IMG/VR virus record: IMGVR_UViG_3300049138_000150
Span: 1-25,500 of that record
DNA from: a virus
Lineage: Duplodnaviria > Caudoviricetes
Length of the DNA stretch: 25,500 nucleotides
Strand: one strand, 5' to 3'
A program made the translations under genes and the position numbers. The notes below the pieces were generated by a model. That model did not search any database, was not told where the DNA came from, and saw only the letters and a list, made by a program, of their open reading frames with translations. Positions 7,748-16,483 of the stretch are shown here, piece by piece (within the stretch, counting starts at the first letter, position 1; every line of letters begins with the position of its first letter).

Positions 7748-8914
7748 TTGGCACGTCTCATCGAGGCGGAGGTCTGGGAGCATCGGCCCGGCATTCTGAC
7801 CGGCGCCGCCGAGCTCGTCCTGATCCGCCTCGCAGACTCAGCCGGCACCGACCATCGCATGGTCTGGATCGGCGAGAACACCCTCATCGAAGACACCCGC
7901 AAGGACAGGTCCACCGTCTACGACGCCCTGTACCTCCTGCGGGAACTCAACATCATCCGCACCGTCCCGGAAGACGAGTGGCCTCCCCAAGCCAGGCGCT
8001 ACGCCAGTGTCGTACGCCAGATCAACCCGGTCAGCCAGTGGGCGGTCATCCGCTCGGGCGGCGTCGACGTCGTCCAGGACACCCAGTACACCCTGACGCA
8101 GTGGAAGATCCGCAGCCGGCGCAGGAAGCCCAAGATCAGTCCTGAGCCGCCGTCCACCGAGGCGCTCGATGACGCCGTCGAGCAGTGGCATGAATCCTCC
8201 GGCCGACCTGACGGCGTCGACGTCTCCTTGCGCGAGCATCTCGGGATGACCGACGTCCAGTACGCCGACTGGGCGGTATCGGGGAATCCGACCGGTCTTG
8301 GGATCGGCGATGAGTCGGGAATCCAGCCTCAAAGGGTCGGATTTCCGGACCCTAACCAAAAACAGAACCAAGAACAGAAAGAAGAGACTCCGTCTCTTCT
8401 TACGTCGCGCCACGGCGCGACGAAGCGGCAAGACCGCGACACCGACCCTGAGGCCGGCCTGGACCCGGCCGACGGCCTGTTCGACATGCCTGAGTCGCCG
8501 ACCGACTGGCGCACGACACACCAGGCATTCCGGCCGGACACCGGTCTCGGCCTGGTCGCCTTCTTCGAGCAGGCGCTACGCGCCACGGCAGGTGGACGGC
8601 GAGCCCTGCTGGTTCCGGATCCGATCCACCGCAGGGCGCTGGCGGCCACCTTGAACCGCTGGAAGCGAACCGGCGTCCCACCTGACCGCATCAGGGCCTG
8701 GATGATCTCGTACGCGGACTCCTGCGGCTCTCGTAAGAGCGTGGTGCCGCCCTGGAAGGACTTCCTGTCACGCCGGGCCGGCATCGCCGCCTCGGTCACC
8801 GAACAGACCGAGCACGAGACCCGGCACGACCCCGACCACCCGGATTTCGCGGCCTACTGGGGTCTGACCCCCGAGGAGGCCGCCTCCCTCATCACGCCAT
8901 TGGACTCACCATGA
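7748..8914 (+). CDS. Phage replication initiator-like protein with N-terminal winged HTH
   Basis: LVLIRLADSA...VWIGENTLIEDTRKDRSTVYDALYLLRELNII is an HTH_36-like pattern, and the gene lies upstream of a DnaC-like ATPase. TTG 7748 has a GGAG RBS (ORF track start 7724). Confidence 0.7.
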   Translation: MARLIEAEVWEHRPGILTGAAELVLIRLADSAGTDHRMVWIGENTLIEDTRKDRSTVYDALYLLRELNIIRTVPEDEWPPQARRYASVVRQINPVSQWAVIRSGGVDVVQDTQYTLTQWKIRSRRRKPKISPEPPSTEALDDAVEQWHESSGRPDGVDVSLREHLGMTDVQYADWAVSGNPTGLGIGDESGIQPQRVGFPDPNQKQNQEQKEETPSLLTSRHGATKRQDRDTDPEAGLDPADGLFDMPESPTDWRTTHQAFRPDTGLGLVAFFEQALRATAGGRRALLVPDPIHRRALAATLNRWKRTGVPPDRIRAWMISYADSCGSRKSVVPPWKDFLSRRAGIAASVTEQTEHETRHDPDHPDFAAYWGLTPEEAASLITPLDSP

Positions 8915-9150
8915 CCTACGAAGGTCTGATCATCCGGCACAAGCCGGGAGGCTGCACGGTCGTCGAGCACGCTCCCGAGACCAGCCTGATGTCGTTGAAT
9001 CTGCTGACCCGATCCCGCAACTGCGTGTGCACCATGCACGTCAACCGGGACGGGATCTGGATCGGCGACACCGCCTACCGGGTGACCGGCTGGGATCCCG
9101 AGGCCAAGGCTCTGATCATCGAGCGCGCCTCGGAGATGGACTTCACATGA
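8911..9150 (+). CDS. Hypothetical protein
   Basis: 79 aa, ATGA overlaps at both ends. Confidence 0.65.
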   Translation: MTYEGLIIRHKPGGCTVVEHAPETSLMSLNLLTRSRNCVCTMHVNRDGIWIGDTAYRVTGWDPEAKALIIERASEMDFT

Positions 9151-9806
9151 TCGACCGCGACATCGACTGGCGGATGAGATTCAAATGGTCCTACATTCCC
9201 GAAGCCTTGCGCGGCCTGACCCTGGCCGACTGGCCACCGCAAAGTGAGGCCGGCCACCGCGCCCTGGCCACCGCCCGGCATTTCGTCGCCACCTTGCCGC
9301 AGCGGCTCCAACTGGCCGACGAGGACCTGCCCCGCGAGGACCGCACGCTGATCGGCGTGGGCATGTCGCTCATCGGCTCGCACGGCACCGGCAAGACCGA
9401 GTTGGCCTGCGCGATCTTGACCGAGGCCGCCTACGCCGGAGCCTCCGTCTGCTACGTGCGCGCCGACGACCTCATCACGGCGATGGTCTTGACCGCGCGA
9501 GACCCCAAGACCGAGCAGGAGGAGAAGCTCCGCTACCAGGCCGAAATCCTGTGCCGCAGGGTGCGCCTGAGCTCGGTCGCGGTCGTCGACGACCTCGGCA
9601 AGGAACACAAGACCGACAGCAGATTCGCCCAACGCAAGATCAACACGCTGCTGCGCGGCCGACACGGTGCCGCCCGGCCCACGATCGTCACCTCCAACGA
9701 GCCCATCCCGAAATGGGTGATCTACGACGACGCGCTGCCTTCCTTCGCCGCCCAGGCCCTGCCCACCACGCTACTGATCGGAGCTGATCTACGTGTCCGC
9801 CGATGA
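9147..9806 (+). CDS. DnaC/IstB-like AAA+ ATPase (helicase loader)
   Basis: Walker A GSHGTGKT, Walker B VAVVDDLG, PTIVTSN motif. ATG 9147 overlaps the upstream stop. Confidence 0.85.
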   Translation: MIDRDIDWRMRFKWSYIPEALRGLTLADWPPQSEAGHRALATARHFVATLPQRLQLADEDLPREDRTLIGVGMSLIGSHGTGKTELACAILTEAAYAGASVCYVRADDLITAMVLTARDPKTEQEEKLRYQAEILCRRVRLSSVAVVDDLGKEHKTDSRFAQRKINTLLRGRHGAARPTIVTSNEPIPKWVIYDDALPSFAAQALPTTLLIGADLRVRR

Positions 9807-10026
9807 CAAGCAGGAATTCTGGCGCCGAGCCCCCATCACCGTGGAGCAGGCCAAAGATCCACTGATCGTGTCACGAGCGTGGAAGGCGCTCGAACGCCAA
9901 CTGCTCTTGGACATCTGGGAAGCCGGCTACTACACCGGCCATATCCAGCGTGAACCGATCAGCCAGAGCGATCCCCGACTCGTCGCCACCGCCCTGGGTC
10001 TGAGGCGTGTCGATGCAGGGCGGTGA
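9793..10026 (+). CDS. Hypothetical protein
   Basis: 77 aa, GTG start with GGAG upstream, overlaps both neighbours. Confidence 0.55.
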   Translation: MSADDKQEFWRRAPITVEQAKDPLIVSRAWKALERQLLLDIWEAGYYTGHIQREPISQSDPRLVATALGLRRVDAGR

Positions 10027-10474
10027 CATCTCCAACGTCGGCCCGCCGACGATCATCGTAGTCTTCGACGACCTGATCGGTCACCGCCGCCCAGGCTTGC
10101 CGCCTGAGCCCTCGACCCCCGGCCAGAGATGGCGCGAGCGGCTCCGGATCGGGCGCACCGTCACCCCGGACACCCACTGGGATCTGGACGAGGTCGTCGT
10201 GGCCACCCTTCAGCGGCTGTTCATCACGGGCCGCCTCACCATCGACGTCGTCACCTTCGTCCCGGAGGTCCGCGAGATCGATGATCTCCTGTCCGCCGCC
10301 GAGGTGCCGTGCGCCGGCGTGACCTACTGCGTTCCCGACCAGTTGGCCCGCCGCCTGGCCTACCGCCCCGACGTCACCGCCGTCTATCACCCCTACCCCG
10401 AGCACGGCTGGAAGTACGGCTCTCGCGGACGCACCGTCACCCCGGACCTACGCACCAAGATCGGCATGATGTAA
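10013..10474 (+). CDS. Hypothetical phage protein (possibly degenerate HAD-like fold)
   Basis: MQGGDISN...IIVVFDDLIG, GAGG RBS, stop abuts the dnaB start. Confidence 0.7.
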   Translation: MQGGDISNVGPPTIIVVFDDLIGHRRPGLPPEPSTPGQRWRERLRIGRTVTPDTHWDLDEVVVATLQRLFITGRLTIDVVTFVPEVREIDDLLSAAEVPCAGVTYCVPDQLARRLAYRPDVTAVYHPYPEHGWKYGSRGRTVTPDLRTKIGMM

Positions 10475-11737
10475 GTGGACTACCCTCGCCACCTGATCTC
10501 CCACACGGTCAAGACCGGGGACATCGCCACGGCGCTGGACGCCGGAATCCGGCCGGAATGGATCGCCGACTTCGAAGCCGGCCGCGTCTGGCGCTACCTG
10601 GTGGAGTACCAGGCCAAGTACGGCAAGCCGCCCAGTTCCGAGGTCCTGTCGGCGGAGTACCCCACCTACACCTTGCTCACCGAGCCTGAACCCATCGGTT
10701 ACGTCGTCGACAAGCTGCGCTCCATGCGGGCCATGGCCATGTTGGAGGCGTCTCTCGATCAGGCCGTCGGCTACCTGGAGCGCAGCGACGTCGACGGCGT
10801 CCAGGCCGAACTGTCCAGCGTGCTGGCGGCTCTGGCGGCCGAGTTGCCCAGGACGACCGATGTCGACATCACGCAGACCGGTGCCGCTCGCATGGAGCGC
10901 TACATCGCGGCCGGTAAACGTGACGGCGCCATGGTCGGGATCCCCACCGGGTTCGAGCGGCTCAACGAGGCTCTGGGCGGATTCCGGCCTGAGCAACTGA
11001 TCGTGATGGTCGGGCCGCCCAAGGCGGGCAAGTCGACCCTGCTGCTCGTCGCCGCGCTTGCGGCGCACGCGGCCTACAAGAAGCCCCTGCTGGTGGGCTT
11101 TGAGATGTCCGGAGTCGAGCAGGAAGAGCGGATCGACGCGCTACGCGCTCACGTGTCGGCCAATGACCTGCGCGACGGCCGGCTGAACCCGACCGACCTG
11201 CGCAAGGTCGAGCGGGTCACCCGCCAGATGGAGGCCATGGTGCCGTTCTGGCTGAGTACCGACACCACCGCCTCCAGCACCCTGTCCGGGCTCGTGGCCA
11301 AGGCCCAGCAGCTCAAGCCCGACATCCTGCTGGTTGACGGCGTCTACATGATGGCCGACGAGCAGGGCGAGAAGCCGAACTCGCCGCAGGCGCTCACCAA
11401 CATCAGCCGCGGGTTCAAACGAGCCGGCCAGGCGTTGAAGATCCCCATCGTGATCACCACGCAGGTGCTGCTGTCCAAGATGATCGGCGGTGAGGTCACC
11501 GTCCAGTCCATCGGCTACAGCTCCGCCTTCGGACAGGACGCCGACGCGGTCATCGCCGTCGAACCGACCCGCGAGCATGACATCTTCAAGGTCAAATATC
11601 TGATGGGTCGGACCGTCGCCCCGTTCTCCTTCTTTGTCCGCCGCGACTGGAAGGGCGGCTACATCACCGAGCTCGCCTACGACCCGTTCGGCGAAGAGGA
11701 CTTCGCCGAGGACGATCTTGTCGACGCACGCTTCTAG
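10475..11737 (+). CDS. dnaB: Replicative DNA helicase, DnaB family
   Basis: GIPTGF..LN..LGG, Walker A GPPKAGKS, FEMS, LLVDGVYMM, QDADAVI. Confidence 0.92.
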   Translation: MDYPRHLISHTVKTGDIATALDAGIRPEWIADFEAGRVWRYLVEYQAKYGKPPSSEVLSAEYPTYTLLTEPEPIGYVVDKLRSMRAMAMLEASLDQAVGYLERSDVDGVQAELSSVLAALAAELPRTTDVDITQTGAARMERYIAAGKRDGAMVGIPTGFERLNEALGGFRPEQLIVMVGPPKAGKSTLLLVAALAAHAAYKKPLLVGFEMSGVEQEERIDALRAHVSANDLRDGRLNPTDLRKVERVTRQMEAMVPFWLSTDTTASSTLSGLVAKAQQLKPDILLVDGVYMMADEQGEKPNSPQALTNISRGFKRAGQALKIPIVITTQVLLSKMIGGEVTVQSIGYSSAFGQDADAVIAVEPTREHDIFKVKYLMGRTVAPFSFFVRRDWKGGYITELAYDPFGEEDFAEDDLVDARF

Positions 11738-12692
11738 GCACCTGCGCGGTCCGGTTCCGGGAGACGTCCAGTCCGCGTTGGAGAAACTCGGGCTGACGGT
11801 CACCCGAGTCGACGGTGATGAGCTCTACACCCACTGCCCGGCCCACGAGGCGCTGCTGGGCAAGGCGGACCGCACCCCCTCCTTCTCGGTCAACTCGGAG
11901 AGCGGACTGTGCTTCTGCTTCTCCTGCCACTACGGCGGAAGCTGGGTCAAGTTCGCGGCCGACATGCTGGACGCCACCGAGGGCGAAGCCGTGGCGTGGA
12001 CCCGCGCGCAAGGCACGCTCGGAGCCTCCAAGCGGCGCCTGGAACGTTTGAAGGCCGAACACGATCAGGTGGTCCCGGTGGTGTCGCGCGCCGCCCTGGC
12101 GCTGTGTGAGCCGCCCACACCGCAGATGCTGGCCGGCCGACGGATCACGGCCGAGGCCGCTGCCGCCTTCGGAGTGCTGCGCGAGGGCGCGGCCTGGATC
12201 CTGCCGATCCGCGCCACGGATGGCCGGCTGATGGGCTGGCAGGTCAAGGACGGTGGCTACGTCCGTAATCGGCCCGCCGACGTGGTCCTCAAGGGTGCGT
12301 CGATCTTCGGGGTGCACCTGCCGCCGCGCCCGGTCGTGGTCGCGGTCGAGTCGCCGCTGGACGCCGTGCGGATCCACGGCCTGGACTGGGATCGGTTCGG
12401 TGTGCCGGCTCCGGCCGTTCGGGCGGTGTTCGGCAGCAAGGCCAGTGATGTTCAGGTCGATCTGCTGGCCGCCAGCGGTGAGCGGGTCATCGCCTTCCAC
12501 GATCATGATCCGGCCGGCTGGTCCATGGCCAAGGCGATGTACGCAGCCCTTCGGGCGCGTGGCCGGCTCATGCTCACCGTCACCTACGACGGCCTGCCTC
12601 GTGACGTCGACCCCGGTGACCTGAGCGACGAGCAGATCGTGGCGCAGATCAGCGCGGCTGTCTCCCCGCTGCGCCGGAGGTGGCGTTGCTGA
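11718..12692 (+). CDS. DNA primase (zinc finger + TOPRIM)
   Basis: CPAH...SFSVN..SGLCFCFSC zinc-binding domain; VAVESPLD and HDHDPAG TOPRIM motifs; DPGD. TTG 11718 follows GAGGA (ORF track start 11634). Confidence 0.88.
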   Translation: MSTHASRHLRGPVPGDVQSALEKLGLTVTRVDGDELYTHCPAHEALLGKADRTPSFSVNSESGLCFCFSCHYGGSWVKFAADMLDATEGEAVAWTRAQGTLGASKRRLERLKAEHDQVVPVVSRAALALCEPPTPQMLAGRRITAEAAAAFGVLREGAAWILPIRATDGRLMGWQVKDGGYVRNRPADVVLKGASIFGVHLPPRPVVVAVESPLDAVRIHGLDWDRFGVPAPAVRAVFGSKASDVQVDLLAASGERVIAFHDHDPAGWSMAKAMYAALRARGRLMLTVTYDGLPRDVDPGDLSDEQIVAQISAAVSPLRRRWRC

Positions 12693-14296
12693 CCGTCGAC
12701 CTGTACCCCTACCAGGAGCCGGCCGTGGAGATGCTGTTGGAGCGCGGCAATCTGTTGATGGCGATGGACATGGGGCTGGGCAAGACCGTGACCACCATCG
12801 CCGCGGCCGAGCATCTGCTGGGCGAGGGCGAGGTGTCCACGGTGCTGATCTGCGCGCCGACCGGGCTGCTGTATCAGTGGGCCGCCGCACTCGCCGCCAC
12901 CACGGACGTGGAGACCCGGCTGCGGCGGCTGAAATCCAAGACGGTCCAGGTGCCGACCGAGAAGTGGTGTGTGGTCATCGACGGCACGCCGGAGCGCAAG
13001 CGCCGGCAGATCGCGCAGATCAAGGCCTCGCCGCCGCAGTACGTCATCGCCAGCTACGCCACGGTGGCGGACTATGTGCCCTTGTTCGAGCGCCTGGCGC
13101 AGATGGTGGCCATCGACGAGGCGACCGTGCTCAAGGGATTCAAATCGGCACGGTCCAAGGCCTTGTCCGGGCTGCAGGTGCCGTGGCGCGTCGCCTTGAC
13201 GGGTGATCCGGTGGAGAACGACCGGCCGGAGGAGATGTGGGGCATCATGCGCTGGGTCGACTCCGAGTTGCTGGGCGGTTTTCGGGACTTCGAGCAGGCT
13301 CACATCCGACGTGATTTTTTCGGCCGGCCTGTGCGGTATGTCGACCTGCACGGGCTGCAGGCGAAGCTGTCGCCGGCCATGTACCGCAAGCGGACGACGG
13401 ACTCCGATGTCGCCGGATTCGTTCCGGGTGTGAAAAAGGATGTCTGGCGTGTAAACCTCGATCGGGAGACACTCGTCGTATACAAGCGACTACTACGCGA
13501 CTTAAATGAGGAGTTGTCGGGTCTCGGCGGCCAGGCCGAGTGGGACATCGATGCGTACTACAGCGGGATGGACGAAGGGAGTGGACCGGGCCGGGTCGGC
13601 GGCATTCAGGTTGCGGCACAGATGCTTGTGGATCATCCGCAACTGGTCCGTGACTCGGCGCTGAGGTTTTGTCAAAACCAAAAACATGTCCGAAACTCTG
13701 GGCCCCCTTACGTGGTGCGCCTGGCGGAGTCGGGCATGCTGGAAAACCTCACATCCACCCCCAAACTGGACATTTTGTCACGCAATGTGATCACCATCCT
13801 GGACGACCCCGCCAGCAAGGTCATCGTGGTCACGAGGTTTCGCGGCATGATCCCGATCCTCGAAAAGGCCTTCGAATCCTACGGGGTCACGCGCTTCGAC
13901 GGCACCATGAGCCGCACCGCCAAGGCTGAGTCGGCGGCGCGGTTCAACCAGGATTCGGACACGCCTGTCATGGTCATGACGCACGCGGGGGCCTACGGGC
14001 TTGACCTGCCGTCGGCCACCCACTTGATCAACTACGACCCCGCCAGAAGCTCCGGACAACGTAAGCAGATCGATGCGCGACACGTCCGCGCGGGTTCTTC
14101 CCACCAGACGGTAAACGTTGTAGACCTGATCACCGAAGGGACCATCGAGGAGTGGGCCTACGACCTCCTCGCGTGGAAGGGACGAATCGCCTCCGCGATC
14201 ACTGATGGTGATCACATCGGAGAGGACGGCGTCATCCGCAACGCCCGCAAGCCGCTGACCAGGTACATCGCAGAAATTTTGGGCGATTCCTGCTAG
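12680..14296 (+). CDS. SNF2-family helicase
   Basis: MDMGLGKT, IDEAT, ALTGDPVEN, AGAYGLDL, QIDARHVR, GTIEE. Confidence 0.9.
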   Translation: MALLTVDLYPYQEPAVEMLLERGNLLMAMDMGLGKTVTTIAAAEHLLGEGEVSTVLICAPTGLLYQWAAALAATTDVETRLRRLKSKTVQVPTEKWCVVIDGTPERKRRQIAQIKASPPQYVIASYATVADYVPLFERLAQMVAIDEATVLKGFKSARSKALSGLQVPWRVALTGDPVENDRPEEMWGIMRWVDSELLGGFRDFEQAHIRRDFFGRPVRYVDLHGLQAKLSPAMYRKRTTDSDVAGFVPGVKKDVWRVNLDRETLVVYKRLLRDLNEELSGLGGQAEWDIDAYYSGMDEGSGPGRVGGIQVAAQMLVDHPQLVRDSALRFCQNQKHVRNSGPPYVVRLAESGMLENLTSTPKLDILSRNVITILDDPASKVIVVTRFRGMIPILEKAFESYGVTRFDGTMSRTAKAESAARFNQDSDTPVMVMTHAGAYGLDLPSATHLINYDPARSSGQRKQIDARHVRAGSSHQTVNVVDLITEGTIEEWAYDLLAWKGRIASAITDGDHIGEDGVIRNARKPLTRYIAEILGDSC

Positions 14297-14353
14297 ATCA
14301 GCCGCTAGTGTCCCAATCGTTACCTTGACACTTTTAGGCCCTGCCAAAACTGG

Positions 14354-14372
14354 GCAAAAACTCGGCTATTGT
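14354..14372 (+). promoter_or_regulatory. Putative promoter -10 region
   Basis: GCAAAAACT-CGGC-TATTGT in an AT-rich intergenic gap, the same layout as minus-strand CCAAAACT-CCGG-TAGAGT at 7686-7669. Confidence 0.4.
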
Positions 14373-14416
14373 CGGTTCTGTACCAAAGAATCACTGCAGA
14401 CGGGGCAGTACCTCCA

Positions 14417-14881
14417 GTGCACGAAACCAGGCATGACGACCCTGCCGAGTCCACCTACGACTCACAGGAAGTCCACGACCTGGCACGCCAGAAATTCGTA
14501 CTCGACCAGCAGTACGAAGCACTCGGCCGGCGACGCGCCACCCTGCGCGACCGCATGCTGGAGGCCGTCAGGGCACACGGCCAGCAGGACCGCAACGGGA
14601 ACCTGAACCTCGCCCTGGCCGAGGAGATCGCGGTCGGCGACAAGAGAGCTACGGGGCTCCACATCCGCCGATCCGCCCGCAGCCACTTCGACGAGGACGC
14701 AGCACGCGCCCTGGCCGAACGCAAGGGCATCCTCGACCTCGTCATGCGCACCGAGACCACCACCTACATCGATCAGGACGCGCTCTGGCAGTGCCAGCAG
14801 CAGGGCCTCGTCGACGCCGAAGATCTCGATGCACTCATCACCACGACATATACGCACCAACTATGGGGGACGTACCGATGA
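14417..14881 (+). CDS. Hypothetical coiled-coil phage protein (Gam-like architecture)
   Basis: Coiled-coil LDQQYEALGRRRATLRDRML followed by FDEDAA...IDQDAL. Start uncertain (TTG 14369 or GTG 14417). Confidence 0.7.
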   Translation: MHETRHDDPAESTYDSQEVHDLARQKFVLDQQYEALGRRRATLRDRMLEAVRAHGQQDRNGNLNLALAEEIAVGDKRATGLHIRRSARSHFDEDAARALAERKGILDLVMRTETTTYIDQDALWQCQQQGLVDAEDLDALITTTYTHQLWGTYR

Positions 14882-15369
14882 CTGATCCCACGACCGTAGA
14901 AGTGTTTCCGTGGCGCGCGGCGCCCACCAACCCCCATATAGATCGTGCCAATACCGACGCCGAACGCCTCGCCACGCTCGCGACGAAAACCTACGAGGTC
15001 CGGCTCAGCCCCAGGCTCCCCCTGCAGAGCATGCGATTTCACTCCATCGGCGATCTGGCGATCATGATGGGACGCAGCCCCGTCACCATGCGCAAGTGGG
15101 AAACGGACTTTCTCCTGCCTCGGACCCCGTTCACCTACCCCCTGGCCGACTCGCCCCTCGAAAGAGACGACCAGGACGCGCCGGCCCGCCGCCTCTACAC
15201 GCCCCGCATGACCCTGGGCGTCGTCGCCATCGCACGCGAGGAAGGCGTTCTGGAGATGTACGCCAAGCCGGTCGGCAAGACACAGTTCACGCCCAAGGTC
15301 GCCGAACTGTTCCAGCAGGAACTGGAGTACGAAATCCACCTCCAGACGTCAACTCTGCAGGTGGCCTGA
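14878..15369 (+). CDS. MerR-like HTH DNA-binding protein
   Basis: FHSIGDLAIMMGRSPVTMRKWETDFLLP...RRLYT, ATGA overlap with the previous gene. Confidence 0.8.
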   Translation: MTDPTTVEVFPWRAAPTNPHIDRANTDAERLATLATKTYEVRLSPRLPLQSMRFHSIGDLAIMMGRSPVTMRKWETDFLLPRTPFTYPLADSPLERDDQDAPARRLYTPRMTLGVVAIAREEGVLEMYAKPVGKTQFTPKVAELFQQELEYEIHLQTSTLQVA

Positions 15370-15647
15370 TGCGGGTCAGCGTCACTAAGCACGTCATCAT
15401 CAACGGCGGCAGGTACAACAGCTTGCGCCTCGAAGCGGCAGTCGAACTCACCGACGAAGACCTCGACTACGACGACGACGATCAGCGCGACCCTATCGAC
15501 GCCGGCCTCGACCGAGCGATGACCGCAGTCAACGACGCACTCGGTCCTGAACTCGAACTCATCAAGCAAAACCACATCGCGGAAGACCACCAGTGGATCA
15601 CCCGCGTCATTAAGACGATCACCGCAGATCAGGGAGAAAACCCATGA
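15369..15647 (+). CDS. Hypothetical acidic protein
   Basis: TGATG coupling at 15367-15371; MRVSVTKHVIINGGRYNSLRLEAAVEL, 92 aa. Confidence 0.7.
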   Translation: MRVSVTKHVIINGGRYNSLRLEAAVELTDEDLDYDDDDQRDPIDAGLDRAMTAVNDALGPELELIKQNHIAEDHQWITRVIKTITADQGENP

Positions 15648-16390
15648 CCACCCGTCGCTCAGCCACGACCGACGACGGCGCCACCACCCGCCATCTCCGG
15701 CCGCCCGGCCGATCCGACTCCCCCACTCCTTTGCGCCGTGTCGGCGCTCCGGGTGCGGGGATCAAGGCCCTGCTCAAGAAGCACGCCACCACTCGCACGG
15801 GCGCCTACCCTGAGTTCAAGCCGGATGAGACCGAGCGGGTCGTGCAGATGATCGACGACGACATGATCGCCGGTTATTACTTCCATTGGGTCGAGGAAGC
15901 TGACGGCCGAAAGAGCTTCCTGTGCCTGGCCAACCCGTCGGAGGACAACTTCATCGGCGGCGACGGCGAGCGCGGCTGCCCGCTCTGCGAATGCGACAAG
16001 ATCACCAAGGCCCCGCAGTTCCGGGCGATCTTCAACGTCGTAGAGCTCAGCGACTGGGACAAGAAGCACCCTGAGGTCGCCGTCCTGGAGACCGGCGTGA
16101 CCTTGGCCGGCCTGATCGCTGACGCCGCCGAGAGCGCACGCTCCGGTCCGATCAACCGGGACGACATCGCCTTCGCGGTCAAGCGGACCTCCAGCGGCGA
16201 GGGTGTGAAGCGGAAGTACACCTTCCAGTTCACCCCGATCAAGACCAGGGACCTGGTCGAGGACTACGGCGTCCAGGCCCTCACCGACGAGCAGCGCGCC
16301 GACCTGCTGACCAGGCGCTACGACGCCGTCATCGTCAAGCGCGACACCTTCGAGGACCTGGCCAACCTGGTCGACGACCTGTACGGCTGA
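15644..16390 (+). CDS. Single-stranded DNA-binding protein, T4 gp32-like (zinc-binding)
   Basis: HWV...SFLCL...CPLC, AIFNVV, acidic C-terminus, directly upstream of the DNA polymerase. Confidence 0.7.
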   Translation: MTTRRSATTDDGATTRHLRPPGRSDSPTPLRRVGAPGAGIKALLKKHATTRTGAYPEFKPDETERVVQMIDDDMIAGYYFHWVEEADGRKSFLCLANPSEDNFIGGDGERGCPLCECDKITKAPQFRAIFNVVELSDWDKKHPEVAVLETGVTLAGLIADAAESARSGPINRDDIAFAVKRTSSGEGVKRKYTFQFTPIKTRDLVEDYGVQALTDEQRADLLTRRYDAVIVKRDTFEDLANLVDDLYG

Positions 16391-16405
16391 CCACCCTCCC
16401 CAGAC

Positions 16406-16459
16406 AGGGCGGCTCCCACGCACCGACCGGTGCACCGTCGACCATGTGGGGGCCGCCCT
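16406..16459 (+). terminator. Stem-loop between the SSB and polymerase genes
   Basis: AGGGCGGCTCCCAC / GTGGGGGCCGCCCT 14-bp stem with one G-U pair, internal GCACC/GGTGC hairpin, followed by TCTC. Confidence 0.55.
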
Positions 16460-16483
16460 TCTCGTACCCGAAAGTCCCCGCTC

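Noticed and set aside
14325-14330. Perfect TTGACA -35 box
   Set aside because: No TANNNT at 16-19 bp spacing; the plausible -10 (TATTGT) is 36 bp away.
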